The notes: generated from the letters alone by a model not told the origin. A stretch of DNA of 64,000 bases from an uncultured Planctomycetota bacterium (GCA_963845755.1 CAWJTV010000022.1:32001-96000); one strand, 5' to 3'; positions 22,614 to 33,124 are shown, counted from the first letter of the stretch. Numbers and translations are program-made.

Positions 22614-23141
22614 CTACTTCTCCACCAATTTCACACTGATTCCGCCGATCGTGTCCACTTTGAAGAACTCATAATGTGCGGCAAGCGGCTTCAAGAACCC
22701 CGTATCCGGAGGGTCCGCTGCAAGTTTAGCTTTCTGTGCGGTGTCCAGGTACGAGGCCTTGGGCTTCAAGTCCTGGGATGCTGTCACACCTCGGGGGGCG
22801 CTGAACGTCACGGTAAATTTGGGCTTAGCCGAGGACGGCCATGCCCAGAAGAAATGCGAGCTCTTTGGATTCAGGGTTGGTGAGTCCACGACCGGCTTAA
22901 AATTCGTTCCCGTGATCGTCATCGTGAAACTGACGTCCTCATTTCGGAGTGGGTTGGTGATTTCGACTAAGTCATACGCGACCGGCGAAGGACCCCCCCT
23001 TTGGCGTTGGGCCGGAACGTGTTGCTCCATGGCGAAGCTCACCGGAGCCATCAGGGAGGCGAGGCCCGCGGCGGGCAGGTCGCGGGATTCGCACCGCTCG
23101 ATGACGGGTCGGAACCGTTTGCGAGAGCCTCTCAGACTCAT
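22614..23141 (-). CDS. Hypothetical exported protein with planctomycete N-terminal motif
   Basis: KRFRPVIERCESRDLPA at the N-terminus, beta-rich remainder. Confidence 0.65.
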   Translation of the reverse strand: MSLRGSRKRFRPVIERCESRDLPAAGLASLMAPVSFAMEQHVPAQRQRGGPSPVAYDLVEITNPLRNEDVSFTMTITGTNFKPVVDSPTLNPKSSHFFWAWPSSAKPKFTVTFSAPRGVTASQDLKPKASYLDTAQKAKLAADPPDTGFLKPLAAHYEFFKVDTIGGISVKLVEK

Positions 23142-23599
23142 GGTTGTTGCTCCAATCGCAGAGTGGAATCAGCGCGGTTCGTCCGGGACTCAGCGTCACG
23201 GTGACGACTGAGCTCGACACAGAAGGCACCTCTTTGGCGCTGCCTCTATTGAATCATCTGAAAAAGGTGCCTCCCGAGTGCCAAGAAACTTTGGGAATTC
23301 GGCACACGGCCGAGCGACCACCGTTAACTGTGGACTTCTGTTCAGTTTGCGACGGCTGACCAGAGCGTAGGCTCCAAGGAATCCCGATGAATGGAATTTC
23401 TTGCCGAGCGCCTTCTGCTGGTGTATGTTCGCTTGGATTGGGGAAACTGCGCAGTTGAGACGGCCTGCTTGACGGTCGTATATAATGCTATCACGAATGG
23501 CATCATGATGTCGATGGTGTCTGGATGGTATCCTTCTTCCAGCTCGGTCATCATGGGAAAGGGTGCTGGCCGAGGGCGAAGAGTCGGGAAGGTCCTGTG

Positions 23600-24152
23600 A
23601 TGACGCAGCGCGATGACGAAGGCCCAGCCGCGGAGAAGCAGTCGGCCGCGGAACTGTTGCCGGTGCTCTACGATGAGTTACGCCGGGTGGCCGCGTCGTT
23701 GACAGCCGATTTGCCGCCCGGCCAGATCCTCCAGCCCACGGCCCTGGTCCACGAGGCGTATCTCCGGCTGGTGAAGGGCAAGGACCCTGGCTGGGAAAGT
23801 CGGCGCCATTTCTTCGGCGCGGCGGCACAGGCGATGCGTGAGATCTTGATCGAACAGGCCCGCCAAAAAGCCAGTTTGAAACACGGAGGGCAGGCTCAGC
23901 GGATCGAGCTGGCCGAGGGCCTGGCCTGGATCGAGCCGCCGAGTCGCGATCTGCTCTCGCTCGACGAGGCGATCCAGCAACTCCGCGCGGCCGACGCGCA
24001 ACTCGCGGAAATCGTCCTGCTCCGCTATTATGCCGGGTTGAGCTTCGAAGAAACGGCTGGCGTTCTTGGCGTTCCGGTCAGGAGCTTGAAGCGCGATTGG
24101 CGCGTATGCGCGGGCCTGGCTGGCGCGGCGGCTGAGCGAAGCACCGCCTTGA
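23600..24152 (+). CDS. Planctomycete ECF-type sigma factor, kinase-associated (frameshift near 24100)
   Basis: LLPVLYDELRR, LQPTALVHEAYLRL, RRHFFGAAAQAMREIL; the corrected frame ends WRYARAWLARRL...TGA. Confidence 0.88.
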
Positions 24153-24169
24153 TGACCGAGGGGATCGGA

Positions 24170-26367
24170 ATGCCGCAAGCGATGGTAGATCCCACGGATG
24201 AACGATATCGTCATGGGGTGAGGACCCTGTTCGCACAAGCGGCCGAGCTGCCTCAAGACGAACGCGCGGCCTTCCTGGACGCCGCCTGTCGCGGCGAACC
24301 CGACCTCCGCGCGGAAGTGGAAGGATTACTCGCTTACGACGCCGGTTCCGGAGGCGAGGAGGACGAGGACGGCTTCCTGAAAAGCCCGCTGGTCCGCGCG
24401 CCGGTGCCATCGCCGCCCGAACCGTCGTGTCCGCCGCAAGGAGGAGAGCCCGGGCTGCCCGTTCACATCGGCCGCTATCGCATCCTCCGCCGGCACGGCG
24501 AAGGGGGCATGGGCACCGTCTACGAGGCCGAACAGCACAACCCGCGGCGCACCGTCGCTCTCAAGGTGATCCGGCCCGGCCTGGTCTCGCCCGAGATCGT
24601 CAAACGGTTCGGCCAGGAGGCCCAGATCCTGGCCCGGCTCCAGCATCCGGGGATCGCCCAGGTCCATGAATCGGGGATGGATGACGACGGCCGGCCGTTC
24701 TTCGCCATGGAGTTCATCCGCGGCATGCCCCTGGACGAGTACGCCCGCAGTCGCGCCGCGACGCGCCGGCGCGACTCGAACTGTTCGCCAAGGTCTGCGA
24801 CGCGGTGAAGCACGCCCACGACAAAGGCGTCATCCATCGCGACCTCAAGCCCGGCAACATCCTGGTCGAAGAATCCGGCCAGCCCAAGGTGCTCGACTTC
24901 GGCGTCGCCCACGTCACCGCCGCCGCCCTCCTGACGACCTGGGGCCAGACCCAGACCGGTCTCTTGCTGGGCACCTTGAGCTACATGAGCCCGGAACAGC
25001 TCGACGCCCACCCGAGCGAGCTCGACGGTCGCTCGGATGTGTACACGCTGGGCGTCATTCTCTTCGAGCTGCTGGCACAACGGTTGCCATACCCGATCCA
25101 TCAACTGCCGTGGCATGAGGTCGCACGGGCGATCAAGGAAGAGGGCCCAACACGGTTGACCTCGATCGACCGGCGTTACCGCGGCGAGGTCGAGATCATC
25201 GTGGCCAAGGCGCTGGAGAAGGACAAGGCGCGGCGGTACGCCTCGGCGGGGGACCTGGCGTCGGACATCCGGCGCCATCTGCGCGGGGAGGCGATCCAGG
25301 CCCGGCCGGTCAGCACCGCGGCACGATCCTGGCGATGGGCTCGCCGCAACCCGACCATCGCCGTGCTCGGAGGCGCTCTCACCGGAGTGCTGGTGCTCGC
25401 CACGGTGAGCTCGCTGCTGGCGGCGTGGCTCTACACTCAGGCCCAAACCCAGCGCAAGCTCACCGCCGAGCGCGAGTCCGAGCGTCAGAGGGCGCTGCAA
25501 GCCGGAGCGAAGGAGGCCGCGGCCCACCGCACGGCCGACGAGGCGTACGCCAGCCTCCGCGCCACCCGGGAGGAGCTTCGCCGGACGGTGTACGCCACCC
25601 GGTCAAACCTCGCCCTGGCCGCCTGGGACAACAACGATGTCGGCCGCCTGCGCAAGCTCCTCGAACTCCTGCGGCCCGCTCCGGAGGACCCCGACCCCCG
25701 TAGCTGGGAGTGGCGCTATCTCTGGCAGCTCGGCCACGAGGACCGGCTCACGCTCCAGGCTCACGACGACCGTTTCGCCGACGTGGCGTTGAGTCCCGAC
25801 GGCCAAGTCCTCGCCACGCTCGCGAAAAAAGGCCGAATCGAGCTCCGCGACCGCACCACCGGGGACTGCCTCCGTACCATCGCGGCCACGACCCGGGACG
25901 GGGGACTCGCCGACGGCGTCCACGCCCTCGCCTTCAACCCGGACGGCCGCAGCCTCGTCGGACCGGGGCCGGACGACAGCCTCGCGCTCTACGCCGTCGA
26001 AACGGGCCGACCCATGCTCCGCTTCGAGGGCCCCACGGGCGCGGTCCTGGAGCTGGCCTGGAGCCCGGACGGCCGGACCCTCGTCGCCGCGATCTCCGCT
26101 CACTCGATGCGCGTCTGGGACGCCCGCGATGGTCATCTGATCCACAGGGTCTTCGGGAGTCACGCCGGGCCTGTCACCTCCGTGGCGTTCAGCCCCGACG
26201 GCCACACCATCGCCTCGGCCAGCTACGACCGAACCATCAAGCTTTGGGAAGCCGCCCCCGCGGCCGCCCTCTCCGCCCCGCGGGAGAAAAATGGCGGGAG
26301 AAAAAGGGAGACTCCTCGGAATGCCACGAAGTTAGTGCACAAATCCTGCCTTCTAAACAAGTTGTAG
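24170..26367 (+). CDS. Ser/Thr protein kinase with TM and WD40 repeats (frameshift near 24765; last codons supplied by IS4)
   Basis: GEGGMGTVY, VALKV, HRDLKPGN, DFG, GTLSYMSPEQ, SDVYTLG; WD40 repeats such as SVAFSPDGHTIASASYDRTIKLWE. Confidence 0.9.
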
Positions 26368-26442
26368 CATCTTGAGCAAAGGAGGGGCTCCGGGCAATCT
26401 GGTGGTAGGTCCCAGCCACCCTGACCCCGAAGGAGCCCTCCC

Positions 26443-27318
26443 GTGCCGGTACGGATTGTCACCATCTTGGGCCGTCTCAAGCAAGACCTCGCCGACGGGC
26501 TTTCTCGCGAGGCCATCGAGCAGGCATGCAAGCAGGAGAAATACTCGTGGCGCGCAGCGGATGCTCGATCCGGTCACGACCGTCTATCTGTTTATCCTCC
26601 AGATCCTTCACGGCAACACCGCCTGTTCGCACGTGGTCCACTTCGGCCGATGGAACTTCACCGATGCCGCCTACTGTGCCGCGCGGAAGCGGCTCCCCCT
26701 GGCGGTCCTCCGCCGCCTTGCTGCGCGGATCGCCGCGAGTGTCCGGACGGCGACGACGGCCCAATCGACCTGGCACGGCCACCGGGTCTGGCTCCTCGAC
26801 GGGTCGAGCTTCTCGATGCCCGACACCCGCGAGCTGCAGGAGGCATTCGGCCAGCCCAGCGGCCAGCGGCGGGGATGCGGCTTCCCGGTCGCCAAGTTTC
26901 TGGCACTCTTCGACCTGGCCACCGGCATGCTCCTGCGGGTCGAGCCGGCGCCGCTCCGCTCGCACGAGATGGCGCGATCTCGCCGTGGCCACCTCCGCTC
27001 TGAACCCCGGCGACATCGCGCTGGGTGACCGCGCCTTTTGCTCATACGCTCACCTGGCCATCCTCCTGAACCGCAAGCAGCACGGGGTCTTCCGCGCGCA
27101 TCAGCGCCAGATCATCGACTTCACTCCGGGTCGGCCGCAGGCGGTGCGGGGCAAGGGGAAGAAGCCGCACGAGGCAAAGATCCGTCCGCATTCGCGGTGG
27201 GTGCTCTCGCAGGGCGAATCCGATCAAGTAGTCATCTGGTCCAAGCCCAAGTCTCATCCGAGATGGATCACCAAGGATGAGTATGCGTCACTGCAAGAAG
27301 AGATCGCGGTGCGTGAGC
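26443..27318 (+). pseudogene. IS4 transposase, 5' part (two frameshifts, split by IS66)
   Basis: RVWLLDGSSFSMPDT, GFPVAK, LGDRAFCSY. Confidence 0.88.
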
Positions 27319-27531
27319 GAGTGCGTCCGGTGAACCACATCTTCAAAGCGGTTCACGGGCGTGAGATGATGTTCGGGGCACCGTCTTGATTCTTTCACTG
27401 TGCTCGGCGCACGCGATCATCCCGCGCTCGCGCCGGGCCGAGACGAACTTGGGGCGGGACAAACCTTGAGGGGCGCGCGCAATCGCCCCGCGCTCGTCCG
27501 GGGTGACGAGGAGCGCGGGGCTCGGGTGCGG

Positions 27532-29106
27532 TCACTCAGTCCCGTCGGCGCCGGCCTGGTGCAACTCCTGCCAGCGGTCCGGCAGCAGTTCGTCGATCCG
27601 CTTCGCCGGGTGCGTGCTGATCCGATCGAGCCCATCGCGGAGGTAAGCCTGGGGGTCGATCCCCAGATTCTTGCAGGTCGTGCACAAGCTCATCAACACG
27701 GCCGCCGTCTGGCCTCCCTGGTCGCTCCCCGCGAATAACCAGTTCTTCCGTCCCAGCGCCACGGGCTTGAACGCGCGCGCGCACGCACCGTTGTCCAGTT
27801 CGAGGAACCCGGCCTCCAACGGACGCTTCAGGGCCTCCCAATGGTTCAAGGCATACTGGATCGCTTCGCCGATCGGACTCTTGGGCAGAACCTTGGGCTG
27901 CTCGGCTTCCAGCCAGGCGTGAAACTTGTCGAAGATCGAACGCGATCGCTCGTTTCGCAGTTCGTGCCGGAACGCGACGAAGGCCTCGTAGTCCGCGGTC
28001 GCGCGCTTCTTGGCGTCGCGTTCGACGTCGTAGAGCAGGCTGATCCATGCCAGCGCCTGATGGGACCGTTGCGGGTCGACGGTCCGCGCCTCGTAGAACT
28101 TCCGTCGCGCGTGCATCATGCAGCCGACCTCGATAATCTCGCCCGACTTGTACAGGCCGTCGTAGGCCGAATAGGCGTCGGCCTGGAGATAACCCTGGAA
28201 GTCCTTGAAGATCTCCCGGGGCCCGGTGGCGCTGCGGTCCGGCGTGTAGCGATAGACCACGTAAGGATGGCCGCGGTCGCCGACGGAGACCCAGAGCCGG
28301 CCGGTCTTGATCCCCTTGCCGTCGTGGTCCTGCACCGGCACCGTCGTGTCGTCGTTCTGGACGACCCTGGAGCTGAGGATCTTCTTCAGCATCAGATCGA
28401 CGATCGGCTTGAGCAGATCGGCGATCGTGGCCATCCAGTCGCACATCGTTAACCGCGACAACTCGACGCCCGAGCGATCGAGGATTCCCTCGAGGCGATA
28501 GAGCGGCAAGTGATCGGCATATTTGCTGACGGCGACGTAAGCCAGCAGCCCCGGGCCTGGCAGGCCCTTGTCGATCGGCTCGGGGAGCACGTCGGCGATC
28601 ACGACGTTGGCCTGGCAGTCCTGGCAAGCGTACTTGGGGCGGATGTGTTCGAGGATGACCAGGCGGGCGGGGATGAATTCGAGTTGCTCGCGGACTTCCC
28701 GGCCGATGCAGGTGCGCTCGGCGCCGCAGTCGGGGCAAGTGCGTTGTTCGGGCGGGACGTCGTGCAAGACCGGCACTCGGGGCAGGCTCGCCGGCAACGG
28801 CTTGCGTCCGTGGCCCTTCTTCTGGGCCGCACTCGGAGCGGGCGTCGGGGCCGGGGCCGGCTCCGGGGTCGGGGCGGGTGTCGGCGCCGCCTCGGCCTGC
28901 TCCAGGATCTCCCGGGCGAAGAGCAAGAGCTGGGCCGGGTCGATCCGCTCCCCTTTGGGACCGTAGCGCTGGCGGAGGAGCTGCTCGAGCTGGTGCTGGA
29001 GCTTCTCGTTGAGATGGACCTGCTGGGCGAGCGACTTGAGCAGCTCACGGATGAGCTGATGGGCCGCCTCCAGGTCGTCCGGGAGTGGGTCCGCGAGGGT
29101 GATCAT
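27532..29106 (-). CDS. tnpC: IS66 transposase TnpC
   Basis: YGPKGER coiled coil, CPDC...CQDC zinc finger, KYADHLPLYR, QADAYSAY, CMMHARRKF, GRKNWLF. Confidence 0.93.
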   Translation of the reverse strand: MITLADPLPDDLEAAHQLIRELLKSLAQQVHLNEKLQHQLEQLLRQRYGPKGERIDPAQLLLFAREILEQAEAAPTPAPTPEPAPAPTPAPSAAQKKGHGRKPLPASLPRVPVLHDVPPEQRTCPDCGAERTCIGREVREQLEFIPARLVILEHIRPKYACQDCQANVVIADVLPEPIDKGLPGPGLLAYVAVSKYADHLPLYRLEGILDRSGVELSRLTMCDWMATIADLLKPIVDLMLKKILSSRVVQNDDTTVPVQDHDGKGIKTGRLWVSVGDRGHPYVVYRYTPDRSATGPREIFKDFQGYLQADAYSAYDGLYKSGEIIEVGCMMHARRKFYEARTVDPQRSHQALAWISLLYDVERDAKKRATADYEAFVAFRHELRNERSRSIFDKFHAWLEAEQPKVLPKSPIGEAIQYALNHWEALKRPLEAGFLELDNGACARAFKPVALGRKNWLFAGSDQGGQTAAVLMSLCTTCKNLGIDPQAYLRDGLDRISTHPAKRIDELLPDRWQELHQAGADGTE

Positions 29107-29145
29107 ACCCTATACTACGTTGACGGGTGCTCGATTGTTGGCGCA

Positions 29146-29332
29146 TTATGCTCCTGTCGGTAGATTATTCTCCGAATTTCGAAGGGGAGTGGCGGGCCGC
29201 GAGTAGCGGACGCGCCGTCGGGCCTTGTCCAGATCGATGCCGGCCAGGAGGGCGGCGAGTTCGGCGGTGGTCATCTCGACGCGATCGGCCGCCGCGTCCG
29301 GGATGCGGAAGGTGCCGCGTTCGAGCCTCTTG
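29146..29332 (-). pseudogene. tnpB: IS66 tnpB, 3' fragment
   Basis: KRLERGTFRIP...AELAALLAGID. Confidence 0.88.
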
Positions 29333-29422
29333 ATGCTGGCATCACAGGACCCTCGTTCTTGTGGCGTTACACAAATCCTGAGACGTTGGGCTACTGCCGC
29401 CACGAATCGGCGGCCTCTCTTG

Positions 29423-31604
29423 CTACCGGTCGGGACGGTCCTTGGGAACGACCAACTCAGGGTGCCGGGCGGCGATCCAGGAGTTCTTTCGTCTGGCCAG
29501 TTGTCGCAGGCGACGAACCTCGTCCTTGTCGGCCCACACGATCAGATGCTTTCCCGAAGGCGTACGCCGCGAATGGACCCAACCCTGCTTGATCCAATAA
29601 TGGACCTTCTGGGCGATGACGCCGAGTTTCCCGGCCAAGTCGGGGATCCACCACTCGTCCTGGCCGACGAGGTCGTCGCGGAACAGTTCTCCGACCAGCC
29701 CAAGTTCACGGACCAACGCCCCGATCGTTCCCGCCGTGAACACGCCGCGACGGCGCGGCGGGACGAAGCCCTCGGCATTGAGCCGCGCGGCGATCTGCGA
29801 CAGGTGAAGTCCTTCTCGATGGAGTTGCTTGATTCGTTCCGTGAGGCGTCGAAAATCCTTCAATTGCTCATACCTGCCGACTGGCCTCGCGACCTGCTGT
29901 TGGGTTGTCATGCCGCCGAGCCAAACGATCGTTACCTCGTTGAGCTCAGTCGCCTTGTCGGCCACGACAATGACCCGCTCCACCGCGCAGCGCACGATCT
30001 GCTTGCGATCCATCGCCGACGTGCCTGGTGCGTGCCAGAGCGCGGCGACGCTCTCGGAGAGCGATCGAATCCGTTGGCGATCGGCGTCGTTCAGCGTCGC
30101 CGGCAGTCTCGTCAGGAACCGATGGTAATCCTCCTCCGTTTGACGCTGCTTCTTCAGCGCGTCCTCCCACCGCGCCTCGAGTGTCCGCGCCACGAGTCGG
30201 TTCTCGGGCTCCACGGCCTGATACTGCCGCTCGGCCCTCTCGACCTCCTGGCGTGCGCGTTCCAGAGTCTGACGCCAATGGTCGTGGAGGCGCTTGCGCT
30301 CTCGCTCGGCGTTCTCGATCGCGCGTAGGCTCAGGTCCAGCGCAGCGGGCTCCAACTGCGCGGAGCACTTCCTTCGCGACCAGGTCGTCCAGCGTCTTTG
30401 CCGAGATGCACCCGCACGGCTCGTCCAGGGCCAGCCGCCAATACTCGCCGCAGTGATAGCCGGGCTTCTTGTCGGCCTTGTATCGCGTCGTCATGTGGCG
30501 GCCGCATTTCCCACAGACGACCAGGCCGGGCAGCAAGGCCTCGCCGCGTTTGGGCACGCCCCGCGTGTCGTGGAGCGATCGATTCTGTTTGAGGCGTTCC
30601 TGATTCGCGAGATAGCGATCCCAGCTAATGTACGCTGGGAGCCGATCCGGCAGGAACACGGCCAACTCCTCGGGCGGCACGAACCACTTGCCGCCTTCGG
30701 CTCGACCCGTCGTGGGATTCTTCGTCCCCGCGCGATGTAGGCCATAAGCGTATGCCCCCGCATAGATGGGGTGTCGCAAGATCGACAGGACTCGACTGGG
30801 AGAGGCTGGCTTCCACTCCAGCTCCCCAATGCGCCCACCGCGATGACGGCGAAATCCCAGTTGCAGGTTGTTCACGACCAGGTAACGGAAGACCGCGTAG
30901 GCGGAACCGAGTTCCTCGAACTTCTCGAACACCAACTGAATCATTCCACGCGCCTGCTCGTCAGGCTCTTGAATGATCTCGCCCGTGGCCGTCTTGAGGT
31001 ATCCCAGCGGAACGGCCAGGAACAGCTCGCCGCGCTCCGCTTTGTTCCGACTGCCTCGAAGCAAACGATTGTACATAGTAATCAATTCGTATTCGCTCAT
31101 TGCGCTTTTCATGCCAAGGAGGAGACGATCGTTACTGTCCAAGGCATCGTAGACGCCATCTTGATCGCATAGCAGGGTGCGAAAGATGCCGCAGACGTCG
31201 ATAAGACGATGCCATTCGGTATTCGACCGCGACACCCTGCTAAGCTCCAACCCCAGCACGATCCCCACGTGGTTCAAGCTCACTTCCGTCATCAACCGCT
31301 GGAAGCCCGTGCGATGGTCGGTCAACTTGCCGCCGTGGCCCTGATCCTCGTCGATGATCACCACCCGCTCTGCGGGCCAACCGAGCCGTTGCGCGAACTG
31401 CGCCAGAGCATACTGCCGTTCGCGAGACTCGCGGTTCTCGAGGACTTGCTGCGGCGTTGACTGCCGCACGTACACGATCGCGAGTCGATCGAGATGCCGA
31501 TCGCCAATCTTCGAGCTCGACCTCTGGCCGAAGGTGGAGGTCGATGGAGTCTCGTCGATTGATCTGTCCGTGCGATTGACGGCCCGTGCATCACGAGATT
31601 TCAT
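29423..31604 (-). CDS. Large serine recombinase, ~725 aa (frameshift near 30352)
   Basis: YVRQST catalytic Ser, LELSRVSR, recombinase domain (VPLGY, ILRHPIYAGAY), Zn ribbon CGKC...YHC...C, coiled coil with VEPENRLVARTLEARW, C-terminal HTH-like segment. Confidence 0.92.
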
Positions 31605-31781
31605 CGCGCACCTCCTGAGCGGTGCGAGGCGCGCCGAGTTGTCGAGTCACGATGTCGCTGAGGGTGAGCAGCGTTCGTTGACGCTGCTCGTCCGTCAGTC
31701 GGCTCCAGAGTTGGTCCAGCACCGACGGCCGAACGACCGACGTGCGCGGGGGGGAGCAACGAGTCCGGCGTCTCGCGACAT
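31591..31781 (-). CDS. Small (~63 aa) ORF overlapping the LSR start
   Basis: RBS AAGGAGG before ATG 31781. Adding one base to the G7 run (31748-31754) joins it to the LWSRLTDEQRQRTLLTLS...EVRDEIS frame, whose 3' end overlaps the LSR ATG. Confidence 0.65.
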
Positions 31782-31853
31782 GGGGCACCTCCTTGGATCA
31801 CGGGGTGTTGAGCTTCGATCCATTCCGCCAGCCGCATCAGGCCGGCCAGCGCG

Positions 31854-31883
31854 ATTATGGGGGTGTCCGACGATTCCTGTAAA
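31854..31883 (-). promoter_or_regulatory. Putative sigma70 promoter of the LSR element
   Basis: TTTACA-N18-CATAAT on the minus strand, just inside the element end. Confidence 0.45.
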
Positions 31884-31915
31884 GTCGAGAGGATGGGGGC
31901 AGTCTTACTCGTACT

Positions 31916-32123
31916 TCTTGGCCCAGACGGCCAGGCCATCGCGATCCCAGTACAGGATCTTGATGCGGTCGCGGCGCTTGTTGACGAAGACGAAGAGATG
32001 ACCGGAGAGGGGATCTAGCGCCAGGCTGCCTGATGCCAGGGCGGCCAGGCCGTCAAAGCTCTTGCGCATGTCGGCCGGCTGTTTGGCGAGATAGACGCGG
32101 ACCGCGGCGCTCAGTCCGAACAT
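31916..32123 (-). pseudogene. tnpB: IS66 tnpB, 5' fragment
   Basis: VYLAKQPADMRKSFDGL...SGHLFVFVNKRRDRIKILYWDRDGLAVWAK. Confidence 0.92.
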
Positions 32124-32476
32124 GGGCGTCCCTCCACGACCGCGATGAGATGGCGGAGGGTCAGGGGGTCGAATCCGGGGGCGACGGCGATCCGACGTCC
32201 GTTGGAGAGGATGAGTTCGAGGTGGGGTCCCGAGGCGGCGCTCGGCGGGATGGGATCGGGAAGGATAGTGACCGGGAGGAAATGGCGGTCGGCACTGGCG
32301 AAAGGACGATCGTCGCTGGGAGTGCGATCGGCCGGGGCGGGCTGGTAGAGATGCTTTCGGAAGGAGTGAAGCGAGATTTGGCGAAGGCGGCAGAACTCGG
32401 CTTGAGTCAGACCGCTCCTGCGGAAATCGTTGAGGAGGGCATTCCATCGTAGATCGATGGTTCGGCTTCGAGACAC
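32111..32476 (-). CDS. tnpA: IS66 TnpA accessory protein
   Basis: SGLTQAEFCR HTH, FLPVTI, LELILSNGRRIAV; overlaps the tnpB start. Confidence 0.85.
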   Translation of the reverse strand: MSRSRTIDLRWNALLNDFRRSGLTQAEFCRLRQISLHSFRKHLYQPAPADRTPSDDRPFASADRHFLPVTILPDPIPPSAASGPHLELILSNGRRIAVAPGFDPLTLRHLIAVVEGRPCSD

Positions 32477-32577
32477 GGCGTGATCTCCCTGACGGGACCA
32501 CTGGCCCCGACAGCACTATCATCGCGGGGAGTCACGCCGCTTTGTAGATGCACTTCACCGGACGGACACGCGTGAGC

Positions 32578-33065
32578 TGCGATATAAGGTCTCGACGCCG
32601 GGATACCGTGTCGGCGAGGTGACGCTGGTGACGACGCTCCTGGACGCGTCGGTGTACCCGGCGGAGGCGCTGGCGGATCTGTACTTCCGGCGATGGCAGG
32701 TGGAAGTTTATCTGAGAGACTTGAAGATCACGTTGAAGATGGATGTGCTGAAGTGCAAGACAGTGGATGGCGTGTTGAAGGAGCTGGCGGTCTTCGCCCT
32801 GGTGTACAACCTGGTGCGATCGGTGGCGTGCCAGGCGGCGCAGGCTCAGGGCGTGGCTGCGGACCGGGTGAGCGTGACCGACGCAGTGCGATGGCTGGTG
32901 GGCGCCGAAGGGGACGAGGATCTGTCGGTGATCTTGACCGTCCCCAAGCGGAAGGGTCGATTCGAGCCGCGCGTCAAGAAGCGCCGCCCGAAACAGTACG
33001 ATCTGATGACCAAACCCCGCAGAGAACTACGTAAAGAGCTTCTGGACAACAAGGTTGCAGCTTAA
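32578..33065 (+). pseudogene. IS4 transposase, 3' part
   Basis: TLVTTLLD, LYFRRWQVEVYLRDLK (YREK signature), EPRVKKRRPKQY. Confidence 0.9.
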
Positions 33066-33124
33066 ATTCGCGGCATTCGGGAGACTCCTCGCTTATCACC
33101 ACCCCTCGAGGACGGCGACCCACT

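Larger units (their letters stand above)
29333..31920 (-). mobile_element. Minimal large-serine-recombinase integrative element inserted in IS66 tnpB
   Basis: Core TCTTG (CAAGA on the minus strand) at both 29328-29332 and 31916-31920. Excision restores TGG GCC AAG AGG CTC GAA (WAKRLE). Confidence 0.88.
27319..32569 (-). mobile_element. IS66-family element (tnpA-tnpB-tnpC), tnpB interrupted
   Basis: ~33-bp IRs GAGTGCGTCCGGTGAACCACATCTTCAAAGCGG / GTGTCCGTCCGGTGAAGTGCATCTACAAAGCGG; 8-bp TSD GCGTGAGC at 27311-27318 and 32570-32577. Removing it restores IS4 ...EEIAVRELRYKV... Confidence 0.93.
26319..33078 (+). mobile_element. IS4-family insertion sequence, interrupted by IS66
   Basis: IRL GAATGCCACGAAGTTAG at 26319; IRR (reverse complement) GAATGCCGCGAATTTAAG ending 33078; 13-bp TSD GGGAGACTCCTCG at 26306-26318 and 33079-33091. 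Confidence 0.92.

Noticed and set aside
23342..23554. 70-aa lower-GC ORF upstream of the ECF gene
   Set aside because: No RBS or recognisable motif; at most a gene remnant.
23525..24808. ECF sigma-kinase fusion protein (427-aa ORF)
   Set aside because: A frameshift near 24100 hides the normal ECF end (WRYARAWL...TGA 24152); these are two genes.
29333..31920. Prophage or IS607-type element
   Set aside because: No phage genes. The recombinase has an N-terminal catalytic domain plus recombinase and Zn-ribbon domains, not the HTH-first IS607 layout.
29146..32123. tnpB as an RNA-guided IS200/IS605 TnpB nuclease
   Set aside because: This is the unrelated ~130-aa IS66 accessory TnpB (DMRKSFDGL, KRLE), with no RuvC motifs.
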